Notes under the pieces: model-generated
Seen by the model: only the letters and a program-made list of their open reading frames with translations
The model's database searches: none
What the model was told of the DNA's origin: nothing
NCBI RefSeq assembly: GCF_006345805.1
Contig: NC_042998.1
Coordinates: 187,364,001-187,428,000 of the forward strand
Length of the DNA: 64,000 nucleotides
DNA from: Octopus sinensis
Taxonomy: Eukaryota
Direction of reading: 5' to 3'
Program-made: the position numbers and the translations under genes
Shown: in pieces, positions 51,232 through 60,772 of the stretch
Position numbering within the stretch: the stretch's first letter is position 1
Layout of the letters: each line of letters begins with the position of its first letter

Positions 51232-51675
51232 TTACACTTGTGTTAAGGGTACTGTTTCGTCAGCATCTTCCTGGTAGTCATTTGTATACATGTTACTATT
51301 TGCATCCTTATCTTCACCTGTATCACCTGTAGCTTCATCCACATTTTCTCCTTCATCTTTTGCATCTTGAGTCACATCCGTTTTTGCATTTTCAACTTTA
51401 TTAGTGTTTTCGGCTGCAACATTTGCTTCAACTTTTACTATAGGTTCTTTGGTATCATCTTCTTTTTCTTCAACTTTATTTGTAAGAATTTTGGCACTAT
51501 CTTCAACATCATCTTCATCTGTTTCTGTGCAGTTTTCTGTGTCTCCTCCCTCTTCTACATCCACTCTAACTTCATTTTTCTTATTTTCTTCCTCTTTGTT
51601 GATTTGGGTGTCTTTCAGATTAAATTTATCCATTATTGCTTTTCTAATACAAGTATTAATTAGAAGGTACTGGTC
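51232..51675 (-). CDS. PTP terminal exon: DQYLLINTCIRKAIMDKFN, then acidic tail, ending MYTNDYQEDADETVPLTQV*
   Basis: ttttaatttcag acceptor, xQY motif after MVQ, 444 nt open to TAA. A second PTP domain does not follow, consistent with a single-domain (e.g. R3-type) PTP. Confidence 0.88.
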   Translation of the reverse strand, partial: DQYLLINTCIRKAIMDKFNLKDTQINKEEENKKNEVRVDVEEGGDTENCTETDEDDVEDSAKILTNKVEEKEDDTKEPIVKVEANVAAENTNKVENAKTDVTQDAKDEGENVDEATGDTGEDKDANSNMYTNDYQEDADETVPLTQV

Positions 51676-52024
51676 CTGAAATTAAAACAAAAGAAAAATT
51701 TTTTTACACCAAAATAAATATATAATCATTTCCTAATCTGAGTGCCACTTAAAAGCACCAAGTCCACACTGTAAAGCGGTTGGTATTTGGAAGGGCATCC
51801 AGCTGTAAAAACCTTGCCAAAACTGACCTCACCTGTGCTTGTGCCACGTAAAAAGCACTAAGTCTACTTTGCTGAGTGGTTGGTCGTAGGAGGATCATCC
51901 AGCTGTAAAAATCCTGCCAAAATTGTTGCCGAAGTCTGATGCAGGCTTCTGTCTGGCTGGCTCCTGTTAAACCGTCCCACCCATGCCAGCATGGAAGGCA
52001 GACATTAAGCGATGATGATGATAG

Positions 52025-52340
52025 TGTGTGTGGTGTGTGTGTGTGTGTGCATGTGTGTGTGTGTGTGCATGTGTGACTGACACAAGTAAAAGATGTGTGT
52101 GTATGTGTGCATGTGTGTGTGTGTGTGTGTGCGTGTGTGCATGTGTGTATGTGTGACTGACACAAGTAAAAGATGTGTACGTGTGTGTGTGCATGTGTGT
52201 GTGTGTATGTGTGACTGACACAAGTAAAAGGTGTGCGTGTGTGTGTGCATGTGTGTGTGTGTATGTGTGCACATGTGTGCTTGTGTATGCATGTGTGTAT
52301 GTGTGTGTGTGTGCATGTGTGACTGACACAAGTAAAAGAT
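52025..52340. repeat. (GT)n array with four embedded GTGACTGACACAAGTAAAAG units
   Basis: Units near 52072, 52152, 52211 and 52319. Confidence 0.9.
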
Positions 52341-52512
52341 GAGCATCTCACTGATAGACAATAACTAATTAAACACTCATCAATTTAGAACACAGGGCTC
52401 CAATGTGTTAAACTCGTCCACTTCTAGTTTGGTTTATTCAATAAATTCAGTATTGGCAATCCATATTCTAACTTGAAGGACCGGTTCAGTGTAGGGACTA
52501 GATACAAGCAGC

Positions 52513-53295
52513 TGACCCTTTAGCATTCAGATTACACTGTCAAATTTAATGTTTGTTTATTCATATCATTTTCATGTGTTTGTATGCTTTTAGAATGACA
52601 TTGTAGGGTAGGTACAAGAGGTTGGATCTGTTCAGTTTTAACATAAAACAGGTAGAATATTTGGGCCGGATATGGCCAGATCAAATGCTAAAGGGTTCAA
52701 CTTTAACACTTTGGCATTGACATTATTCTGTCAAAAGTAATTCTTATTTAGTCACATTGTTTAGAATTAATCATGCATTATCTTGTAGTTTTGAGATTTT
52801 GATGAGGTAACTCTTTTACTCTTTTACTTGTTTCAGTCATTTGACTGCGGCCATGCTGGAGCACCGCCTTTAGTCGAGCAAATCGACCCCGGGACTTATT
52901 CTTTGTAAGCCCAGTACTTATTCTATCGGTCTCTTTTGCCGAACCGCTAAGTGACAGGGACGTAAACACACCAACATCGGATATCAAGCGATGTTGAAGG
53001 GGGACAAACACAGACACACACATATATACATATATACGACAGGCTTCTTTCAGTTTCCGTCTACCAAATCCACTCACAAGGCATTGGTCGGCCCGGAGCT
53101 ATAGCAGAAGACACTTGCCCAAGATGCCACGCAGTGGGACTGAACCCGGAACCATGTGGTTGGTTAGCAAGCTACTTACCACACAGCCACTCCTGCGCCT
53201 AACTGTTAATTTTTTGAATACTATTTTAGGATTGATATGAGGGGCTACATCTGACCAGTTTGAACATAATGCAGTAGAGTATTAAAGGGTTCAAG
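52513..53295. mobile_element. Two tandem piggyBac-type MITE copies, the second interrupted by a SINE
   Basis: ccctttagcatt...aatgctaaaggg at 52513-52700. The second copy resumes after the SINE and ends taaagggttcaa. Confidence 0.7.
52813..53200 (-). mobile_element. SINE family 1, young copy
   Basis: Full length, CpGs retained, (T)AACT TSD. Confidence 0.92.
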
Positions 53296-53363
53296 GACCA
53301 CTTCTATAAGCCTTGATGCTTATTTCGCAATCAAATCTGGAAAGAAAAAAAAATTAAACTTAC

Positions 53364-53508
53364 TTGGTTTTGTACCATTTGTGGTCTGTTTTCCCTCATC
53401 TTATAAACAAATGAGAACAGATCAACACTGTCATCTAAGGTATGGTCTCTCACATATTGCATCATGTAGTCAACAGCGATCAAAGTTCCAGTACGACCGA
53501 CGCCAGCA
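53364..53508 (-). CDS. PTP P-loop exon: AGVGRTGTLIAVDYMMQYVRDHTLDDSVDLFSFVYKMRENRPQMVQNQ
   Basis: ttttcag/gtaagt boundaries, 145 nt. Completes HCSAGVGRTG and carries the MVQ Q-loop. Confidence 0.94.
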
Positions 53509-53552
53509 CTGAAAATTATAAATTTGGTAAAATAAAGAAGAAATAATATAGA

Positions 53553-53950
53553 CTAGCAGTATCACCCGGCGTTGCTCGGGTTTGTAAGGGAAATAACTAT
53601 ACAAGCATTTTTAGAGAGTTATAGCCAAAAAATAGCAAAAAAATGCATTAAAAATGTAAAAAAAATTATGGTAAATTTTTTTTAAAATTCGTTGACTCAT
53701 CGTAGACATTTTTAGAGAGCTACTTCCCTTATATAATAGCAAAAAAATGCATTAAAATGGAAAAAAATGATGGTAAATTTTTTTTAAATCGTAGACTCAT
53801 CGTAGACGCGCGCTAATACCCAGAAGAGCTCGATATGAATCACGACTATAAGATACCTGGTTTTGGTTAAACTGCACCGCAAAATGTGGGAGTAGTTAGG
53901 AATCTAAATCGTAGGAGACAGACACACAACTTCACTTTTATATATAAAGA
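53553..53950 (-). mobile_element. Non-autonomous Helitron, family A, with an internal ~100-bp duplication
   Basis: A|TC...cccgagcaacgccggg...CTAG|T, 44 bp from the PTP P-loop exon acceptor. Confidence 0.85.
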
Positions 53951-54289
53951 TGTCTAAGACCAGACTGTTATAGTATGGTCTTGTTATAGTAGAAGTATGA
54001 AACTGTTGTTTACAAAAATTCTACTCTGTACACATCACCATACATATATATCATCGCCGCTGCCATTACCACCGCCGTCACCACCACCACTGTTATCATC
54101 ATTGTTTTAATGTCCTTCCATATTTGCATGGGTCAGATGACAGAATTTGGTGTGGAAGATTTTCTGTGATCGAATGCCCTGTCTGTGACCAAATCTCACC
54201 TCTTTCCAAGTCATGGTCGGAATTTATTTTCACAGAAGACTGGAAAATACATTAATTTAAACTTAAAGAGTGATACTTTCATCACTTAC

Positions 54290-54432
54290 CTGCAGTGGAC
54301 CAGAATTGGTGATTGGGTAAAATGTGAGCGGATGATTTTGATGAAGTTAATCAATACTGTAGGGTCGACTGTGGCACTAAAGTCAGGCCATTTCTGGAAG
54401 TGCAGGTGCTTTACTATGCGAGATTCTTCATC
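54290..54432 (-). CDS. PTP WPD-loop exon: DEESRIVKHLHFQKWPDFSATVDPTVLINFIKIIRSHFTQSPILVHC(S)
   Basis: ctcttag/gtaagt boundaries, 143 nt, WPD and PILVHCS motifs. Absent from the ORF track. Confidence 0.93.
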
Positions 54433-55169
54433 CTAAGAGCAGAAAAAGGTATTATGTGTCAGTTACAGCTGACTAAATACATACAAAATGAAATGTTTCG
54501 TTGTTCTTTGTTAATTAAATGGTTCTCTGGTCTGAAATGCATAAATTGCTCACATAAAGGTTTTACTATAAGATATTTTTCCTAACAACAACCATTCAAG
54601 AATGAATTGGAAAGTGCTTATAGTTTTATGCTTGGTAAATAAAGGGGAAGATTTAATGCCTGAAGAAATGAAACAGTATTTTTTAATCATAGCTGTTGTC
54701 TATGGATGGTGCATTCCCAAGTCAAACAGGGGCAGTTTCTCAGCTTCTATGACATATATATTCCCCATCTAGATGGGACACTGGTCTGTCGTAGGATAAT
54801 CCGTTTTTGCCAGCTGAGTGAACTGGAGTAATGTGAAATGAAGTGTTTTGCCCAAGAGCACATGTTGCCTGGTACAGGTATCAAAACCACAGTCTTACAA
54901 TTATGAGTCCAACATCCCGACCACTAAGCCCTGCACCTCCACTGTCATATGGATGATTATCATATATATCAGTTGAGGACTCTAATTGGTCATAAAAGTG
55001 AGGGGTGGGTGAAATTGAATTTGTGAACATAGAGCTTCATGCGTTGGACATTGCTGTATTGAAGGGAAACATTGAAGACTGTATGTAATGTTTGATTTTG
55101 AGAGAGCGCAACAGAGAGATCAGAGAGAACAGAAGTGGTGGGTATTAATTAGGTGAGTAATGTATACAT

Positions 55170-55633
55170 AGGCGCAGGAGTGGCTGTGTGGTAAGTAGCT
55201 TGCTAACCAACCACATGGTTCCGGGTTCAGTCCCACTGCATGGCATCTTGGGCAAGTGTCTTCTGCTATAGCCTCGGGCCGACTAATGCCTTGTGAGTGG
55301 ATTTGGTAGACGGAAACTGAAAGAAGCCCGTCGTATACTTTGATACTTTGATAGGTTTCAGCCATTATTGGCCCAGGCCATGTCTAACTTAATAGCACCA
55401 TATATATAAGTGTGTGTGTATATGTTTGTGTGTTTGTGTTTGTCCCCCTAGCATTGCTTGACAACCGATGCTGGTGTGTTTACGTCCCCGTCACTTAGCG
55501 GTTCGGCAAAAGAGACCGATAGAATAAGTACTGGGCTTACAAAGAATAAGTCCCGGGGTCGATTTGCTCGACTAAAGGCGGTGCTCCAGCATGGCCGCAG
55601 TCAAATGACTGAAACAAGTAAAAGAGTAAAGAG
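55170..55633 (+). mobile_element. SINE family 1, young copy with a ~65-bp internal insertion
   Basis: Full length, with extra sequence near 55338-55400. Confidence 0.9.
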
Positions 55634-55953
55634 TATAGTAATCATCTAATTAGGTGCGTGGGGAGTTTAAATGCAGCCAGCAAGTTCTGAAAACAATCTG
55701 TTTATGGATTCTCCTGTTGTAAATGTGAGATGAATGATACGTAATTTCTTGCTGAACAACCTGCTCAGATGAATTGTTTATAGTGATCAACTGTTTGTAC
55801 TACGTCTTATCTCATTCCTTCCATCAAATCGACATTGCCAGCACAGGTGCACAGTGTGCAACATGTCAGATGTCAAAGTGATGTGAAATGAAGTGTTTTG
55901 CTCAAGAGCACAACACACTGCCTGGTCTGGAAATTGAAACCACAATAGATGGA

Positions 55954-56335
55954 TGGAAGCACTCCGTCGGTTACGAAGACGAGGGTTCCGGTTGATCCGA
56001 TCAACGGAACAGCCTGCTCGTGAAATTAACGTGTAAGTGGCTGAGCACTCCACAGACACGTGTACCCTTAACGTAGTTCTCGGGGATATTCAGCGTGACA
56101 CAGAGAGTGACAAGGCCGGCCCTTTGAAATACAGGTACAACAGAAACAGGAAGTAAGAGTGAGAGAAAGTTGTGGTGAAAGAGTACAGCAGGGATCACCA
56201 CCATCCCTGTCGGAGCCTCGTGAAGCTTTAGGTATTTTCGCTCAATAAACGCTCACGACGCCCGGTCTGGGAATTGAAACCGCGATCCTACGACCGCGAG
56301 TCCGCTGCCCTAACCACTGGGCCATTGCGCCTCTA
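55954..56335 (-). mobile_element. SINE family 2 copy nested in an older relative
   Basis: Near-identical to 25943-26324, flanked by the AAACCACAA repeat. Degraded relatives at about 54760-54945 and 20700-20835. Confidence 0.88.
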
Positions 56336-57067
56336 CTAAAACCACAAAATTGCAATTGTGAGTGCAACACCCTAAGCACTAGGTCATATGCCTCCACAGA
56401 ATCTATTATCATTGTAGTAACAACAGAACAAAGTATAAGTCAATATATGTCAGTAAGAAGAACTTCCTTATTCTTAAAGAGTGTATCTATGACTATATTG
56501 ATCAGTATGCCCTTCCTTTTTATAAGATGGCTGAATATGATTTGAGGAAAATGTGGCTGCTATTTTTTTTTGTGAGTCAAAAGGAGTCTATATATTTCTT
56601 CATTGGCTGAGCATTAATTAGTAAGAGTTTCTAAATTAGGTGAATTATTTATTCTTTATGTAGTCTAGAATGCTATCTATTGTTGCTTATCTCCAGGTCA
56701 GTCCTGGCAGATAAAAACCTATGATGAAAGGATTTCCAGTTGTGACAACCCATCATTTTATGAATATAAAGGACTATATTGTTCAATGTGTCTTCCTTAT
56801 TTATGAGAACAGGATATGATTTAAAAGAGATCTGGCTGCTATTTCTAGCAGGTTAAACGACCATGTAGAAGCCACTCTCTTGCAAACATTTAGTGAGAGG
56901 AAATGCAGATAACTAACTCATTTCCTCACACCGGTCTCAGAAGTCTTGAAAAGGGTCATGACACCATCCTTCCTCCTATGAACAAGTTAAAAAATAATGA
57001 TGGTAAAATGCTATCTTTTTACTTCTTTAATAAAATTTTGCAGTTTTAATTTATTAGGAAATTTAAC

Positions 57068-57098
<31 letters not shown>

Positions 57099-57490
57099 AT
57101 TTGGCTCAAAAGCAAATAGCAAGGCCATGTAGGGGGACATGGAGTTAAGTACAGGGTGGTGTTCATGTAAAGAGTTCAGGCCACTTGAGGTCCAGGGAGG
57201 CTTTGAACAAAGCGGTCGTCGGCATCTTCACCATCTCGTCTGGCTCTTGTTCCACGGATCCGCAAACCCGGACAGAGAAAGCTCCTCTCCTTCGATTGAG
57301 ATGAAATCGTCGCAGGTAGAGCTTTTCGGAATTACCCCGCAGCCGACCTCTGGAGCGGGAGTGAAGAACAGCTTTCGAGAGGTTACACTTTCCGCTTATG
57401 ATGTTGTGGGCGAGAATGAGATCACCACGGCGGCGGCGTTTTTCAAGAGAATAAAGGTCGAGCGTCCTCAGCCTTTCTTGAAACATTTTA
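57068..57490 (-). mobile_element. Second CR1-group LINE 3' fragment (GC-rich)
   Basis: ERLRTLDLYSLEKRRRRGDLI...RRGAFSVRV...FKASLD, with a (TAAC)n tail. Confidence 0.88.
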
Positions 57491-57909
57491 CCATTTTCTA
57501 TAGATTATTCCCCAATTCCCCTAGTGACCATTTGGAATTTTATTAATTTTAACGTCCACTTCCAATGTTTTACATTCCTTTTTCACACTAAAACGACTGG
57601 GGATAGGTTTTGTTTATTTATTTTTTTTCCGCTGCAAATCTAGAAATTTTCAAATAGGATGAAATGACTGTTTTCCACAAGGAGTGGAACCTCTGTTGTT
57701 TTGTTGAGTCAACTGAAGTAAATAATATAATGTGCTTGGAATAGGATAATAATACAATTGTGACAGCCAGGTTTGAACTTTGAAGCTAAACTGACACCCA
57801 TTGTGTTTATAAAGGAAATAAGAATAAAACACAAAAGATAAGTATATTTTCCTGACGTATGTGTGTGTGTGTGTATGTGTATGCATGTGTGTATATGTGT
57901 ATGTATATA

Positions 57910-58355
57910 TCTCTCTATATATAAACGGCAGTTTGTCTGTTTGGTTGTACCCTCACCCTGACCACGGCTTTCAACCGATTCTGATGAAACTTGACACACA
58001 CATAGCCCAATGTCATAATTCAAAACTAATGCAGCGAAAATTTTGAAAAGTTCCCCCAGTTTTGAAAAAAATCGATAGATTCGACATGGGGTCAAGAATC
58101 TCAGCTTTTTATATGCAACACATTTTCTGGACTGTACGTCGGCTGTTCACGCGTTGGGAGGCGCAATGATGTTTTCATGTTTTCGCCCAAAGGGACAGCT
58201 AGGAACATAGTATACACAGAAGTATTTGAGTGAAGAGGAGACATTGCAACCTACACATGCGCCTTCGTTCCCTAGAGGGAAAGGACTAGATTGGGATTAG
58301 TCGTTGCCTACTAGGGGCTCTTACATACCCGGGCAATGCCGGGCTATGCTGCTAG
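57910..58355 (+). mobile_element. Non-autonomous Helitron, family B
   Basis: A|TCTCTCTATATATAAA start, CCCGG-GCAATG-CCGGG hairpin, CTAG|T end. Confidence 0.82.
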
Positions 58356-58759
58356 TATATATATATGTATGGAAATTAAATATAAAATATAAATTACAAA
58401 GTGGGACAAGAACGCAAAAACACACAAGGAGACGACACAAAAAAACAGCCGGGTCACTCGAAGCCTCTAATCTTCAGTCGGGAACCGGATCATCTTAGTG
58501 ATTTCGGCTGTTTAATCTCGATATTACTCCGACCCGGCCAGCCCCAAGGAAAAACCAAGCCACAGGCATTGGATTTCTTGGAAAGAGGGTCGAACGTATA
58601 CGGAACAAAGACAGGATGCCACACGAATATAAATACAAGAAACAAAAATATATATAAAAAACAGAAATAAAAAACACGAATGGTGTGTGTGTGTATGTGT
58701 GTGTGTAAATATTTATTATGTGTGAGATATAAGAGATCAAAAAAGCAATTTGACTGTAC

Positions 58760-58885
58760 CATATTCACAAGAATGCTACTCTCGTTGTAGTATTCATGAT
58801 TGATGACTACATCGGTTTCAAGCAATAAATCACGGCTGATAACTTTTAATTTCTCTTTCTTCGGCCAGTATGGGTAACACTTGTG
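58760..58885 (-). CDS. PTP exon: HKCYPYWPKKEKLKVISRDLLLETDVVINHEYYNESSILVNM
   Basis: ttttgcag acceptor, KCxxYWP motif, 126 nt phase 0-0. The donor ATG|GTACAG is less certain. Confidence 0.85.
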
Positions 58886-58965
58886 CTGCAAAATAATAGA
58901 ACAGAAGTTATATGACTGGGATATATCTGGAAGCTGGTGACGGGGCTGAGTTGGCAACAATTAAT

Positions 58966-59381
58966 GGATCTTTTCAGTTTGAAAGAGCAGTTTTTTCTAG
59001 CGGTGTCATATGAAATTGTCACCCATAATTATAACCCTAATATTGATCTATTGCATTTCAATCTGGGTTAGGGTTAGGGGTGGGGGGAATGGCATCTTTT
59101 TTTCTTCGCAAATGTAAATAAACCCAATCTGTTTCTTAAATGAGCGACATATTCATACGGCACAGAATGTTTTTTACCTCAACAGATGTCAGTGATTGGT
59201 TGAAATTGCAGAAGTTGAAGAAAAAAACAACAACAAATATCTTACAAACTATAGAATTTTCTCAATAAAGCCGAGAGAAAAAGATGTTTTATAAACACAT
59301 TCTACCAGTATACGAAGTTTAAAATTTTTTTAGTTTCCTAGAAATTATGTTAAAAACTGCTGTTCAAACCGAAAAGATTCC
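58966..59381. mobile_element. MITE with ~29-bp imperfect TIRs
   Basis: GGATCTTTTCAGTTTGAAAGAGCAGTTTT versus AAAACTGCTGTTCAAACCGAAAAGATTCC, with AATTAAT on both flanks. Confidence 0.7.
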
Positions 59382-60637
59382 AATTAATCCCTAAGAGAAT
59401 TCATTAAAGAGTTGGATATATATATATAACAAAAAAAAAAAAAAAATCACTGAGATTCAACTTGTTAAACTTTTGATTCTTATATGGTGGATCTTGGTTT
59501 GCTTTCCCATTGTTATTGTAAGCAACTCTTCATCTTAGTAACTTCTGTCTCATTATTCATCTGCTAGCCTCAAATGTATACAGAAATAGTATTCTTTCCA
59601 GTAATTAGTGACCTACTTTTCTGATACATATATATATATATATATATATATACACCATTGGAATACTTCATGTCTTACTTTCAACTAGCTCCCTCAGGAC
59701 AGAAGAAATCCTTTAGCTCTTGCTCAAGCTAGCCTTGGGCTAAAATACCTCTCTTCCACATGAGACAATGCTTTCTGTTGCTACTATTTTCATTTCAAGG
59801 TGAGACAGTGTCACGTGACAACTTGCTGGGGCTCCCTGCTGGAGCCTATCCGGCAGGTATTTAAAGGGAGAAATTTGACAACACAGTCAGTCACTGGCTG
59901 ACACTCGCTAACGATACATCACATCGAAGAGGCCAGGGAACAGAAGAAAGAAGACATGCACCCAACACCAGAGCTGAAGACACCTCCGAAAGTGGGGTGG
60001 GGCGCCACGTCAAAACGGTAGAGGAGTAGGGGCCGAAACCGAATGTGGTTCCTCCTGATGATGTCTTGAGCTAACTGGATCCTATAAAGGAGCTGTTGTG
60101 GTAGCAGACCACGAAACATGGTTGTAATTCCTAAAATCAAGCTTCACTTCCTAGTCATTCAGTGATTACTACTAACTGCTCAGCCAACCCGTGTGTCGCA
60201 ATTACACATACAATCATCCAAATTCCCGATAAATTAATATGCTCACATACTTTAGACATTTGCGCATATATTACTACACATATAGATACATTTGAACTGA
60301 GATGATTCCATATTAATTTTTATAAGCATTCATACAATAAACCTTATTTTACATACAACAAATACAAAGGCCCTTCGTTTCATCTGCAAAACCATTTTCA
60401 CATTTGCTGACCCATTCATGCATTCACATGCAATCACACTTTGCATTCACAGTCAGTTGCAATACGGGGTAAAGGATCTAATGTATTTGTCCTTTGCCTT
60501 TCATATCTGAAAGCGAGGAATAGAGAGAGAGAGGAGAGAAAGAGAGGGAAAGGGCAAGGGTGGAAGAGAGAGAGAATGTAGGTGGAATGAGAAAGGAAGT
60601 CATATTGTTGTTAATGGATCAGTGACAGAAGACTTAC

Positions 60638-60772
60638 TTTTCCATTCTCTTCACAGAGGGTTAACATTACTATAAGGTTGATATTTTCCTGCCAGACCAT
60701 TCTCCAGAAGTCATCAACTGTGTGAATCAAAGGGCCTTGGCATGCAATATATTCCTTTTCTTGGTTGTAGCC
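60638..60772 (-). CDS. PTP exon: [45 protein letters not shown]
   Basis: ttgcag/gtaagt boundaries, 135 nt, YIAxQGP, DFWRMVW and IVMLT motifs. Confidence 0.95.

Noticed and set aside
58449-58490. CTGAAGA on - in a Penelope-like repeat
   Set aside because: The GAAA box is absent (GAGT) and the stems do not close.
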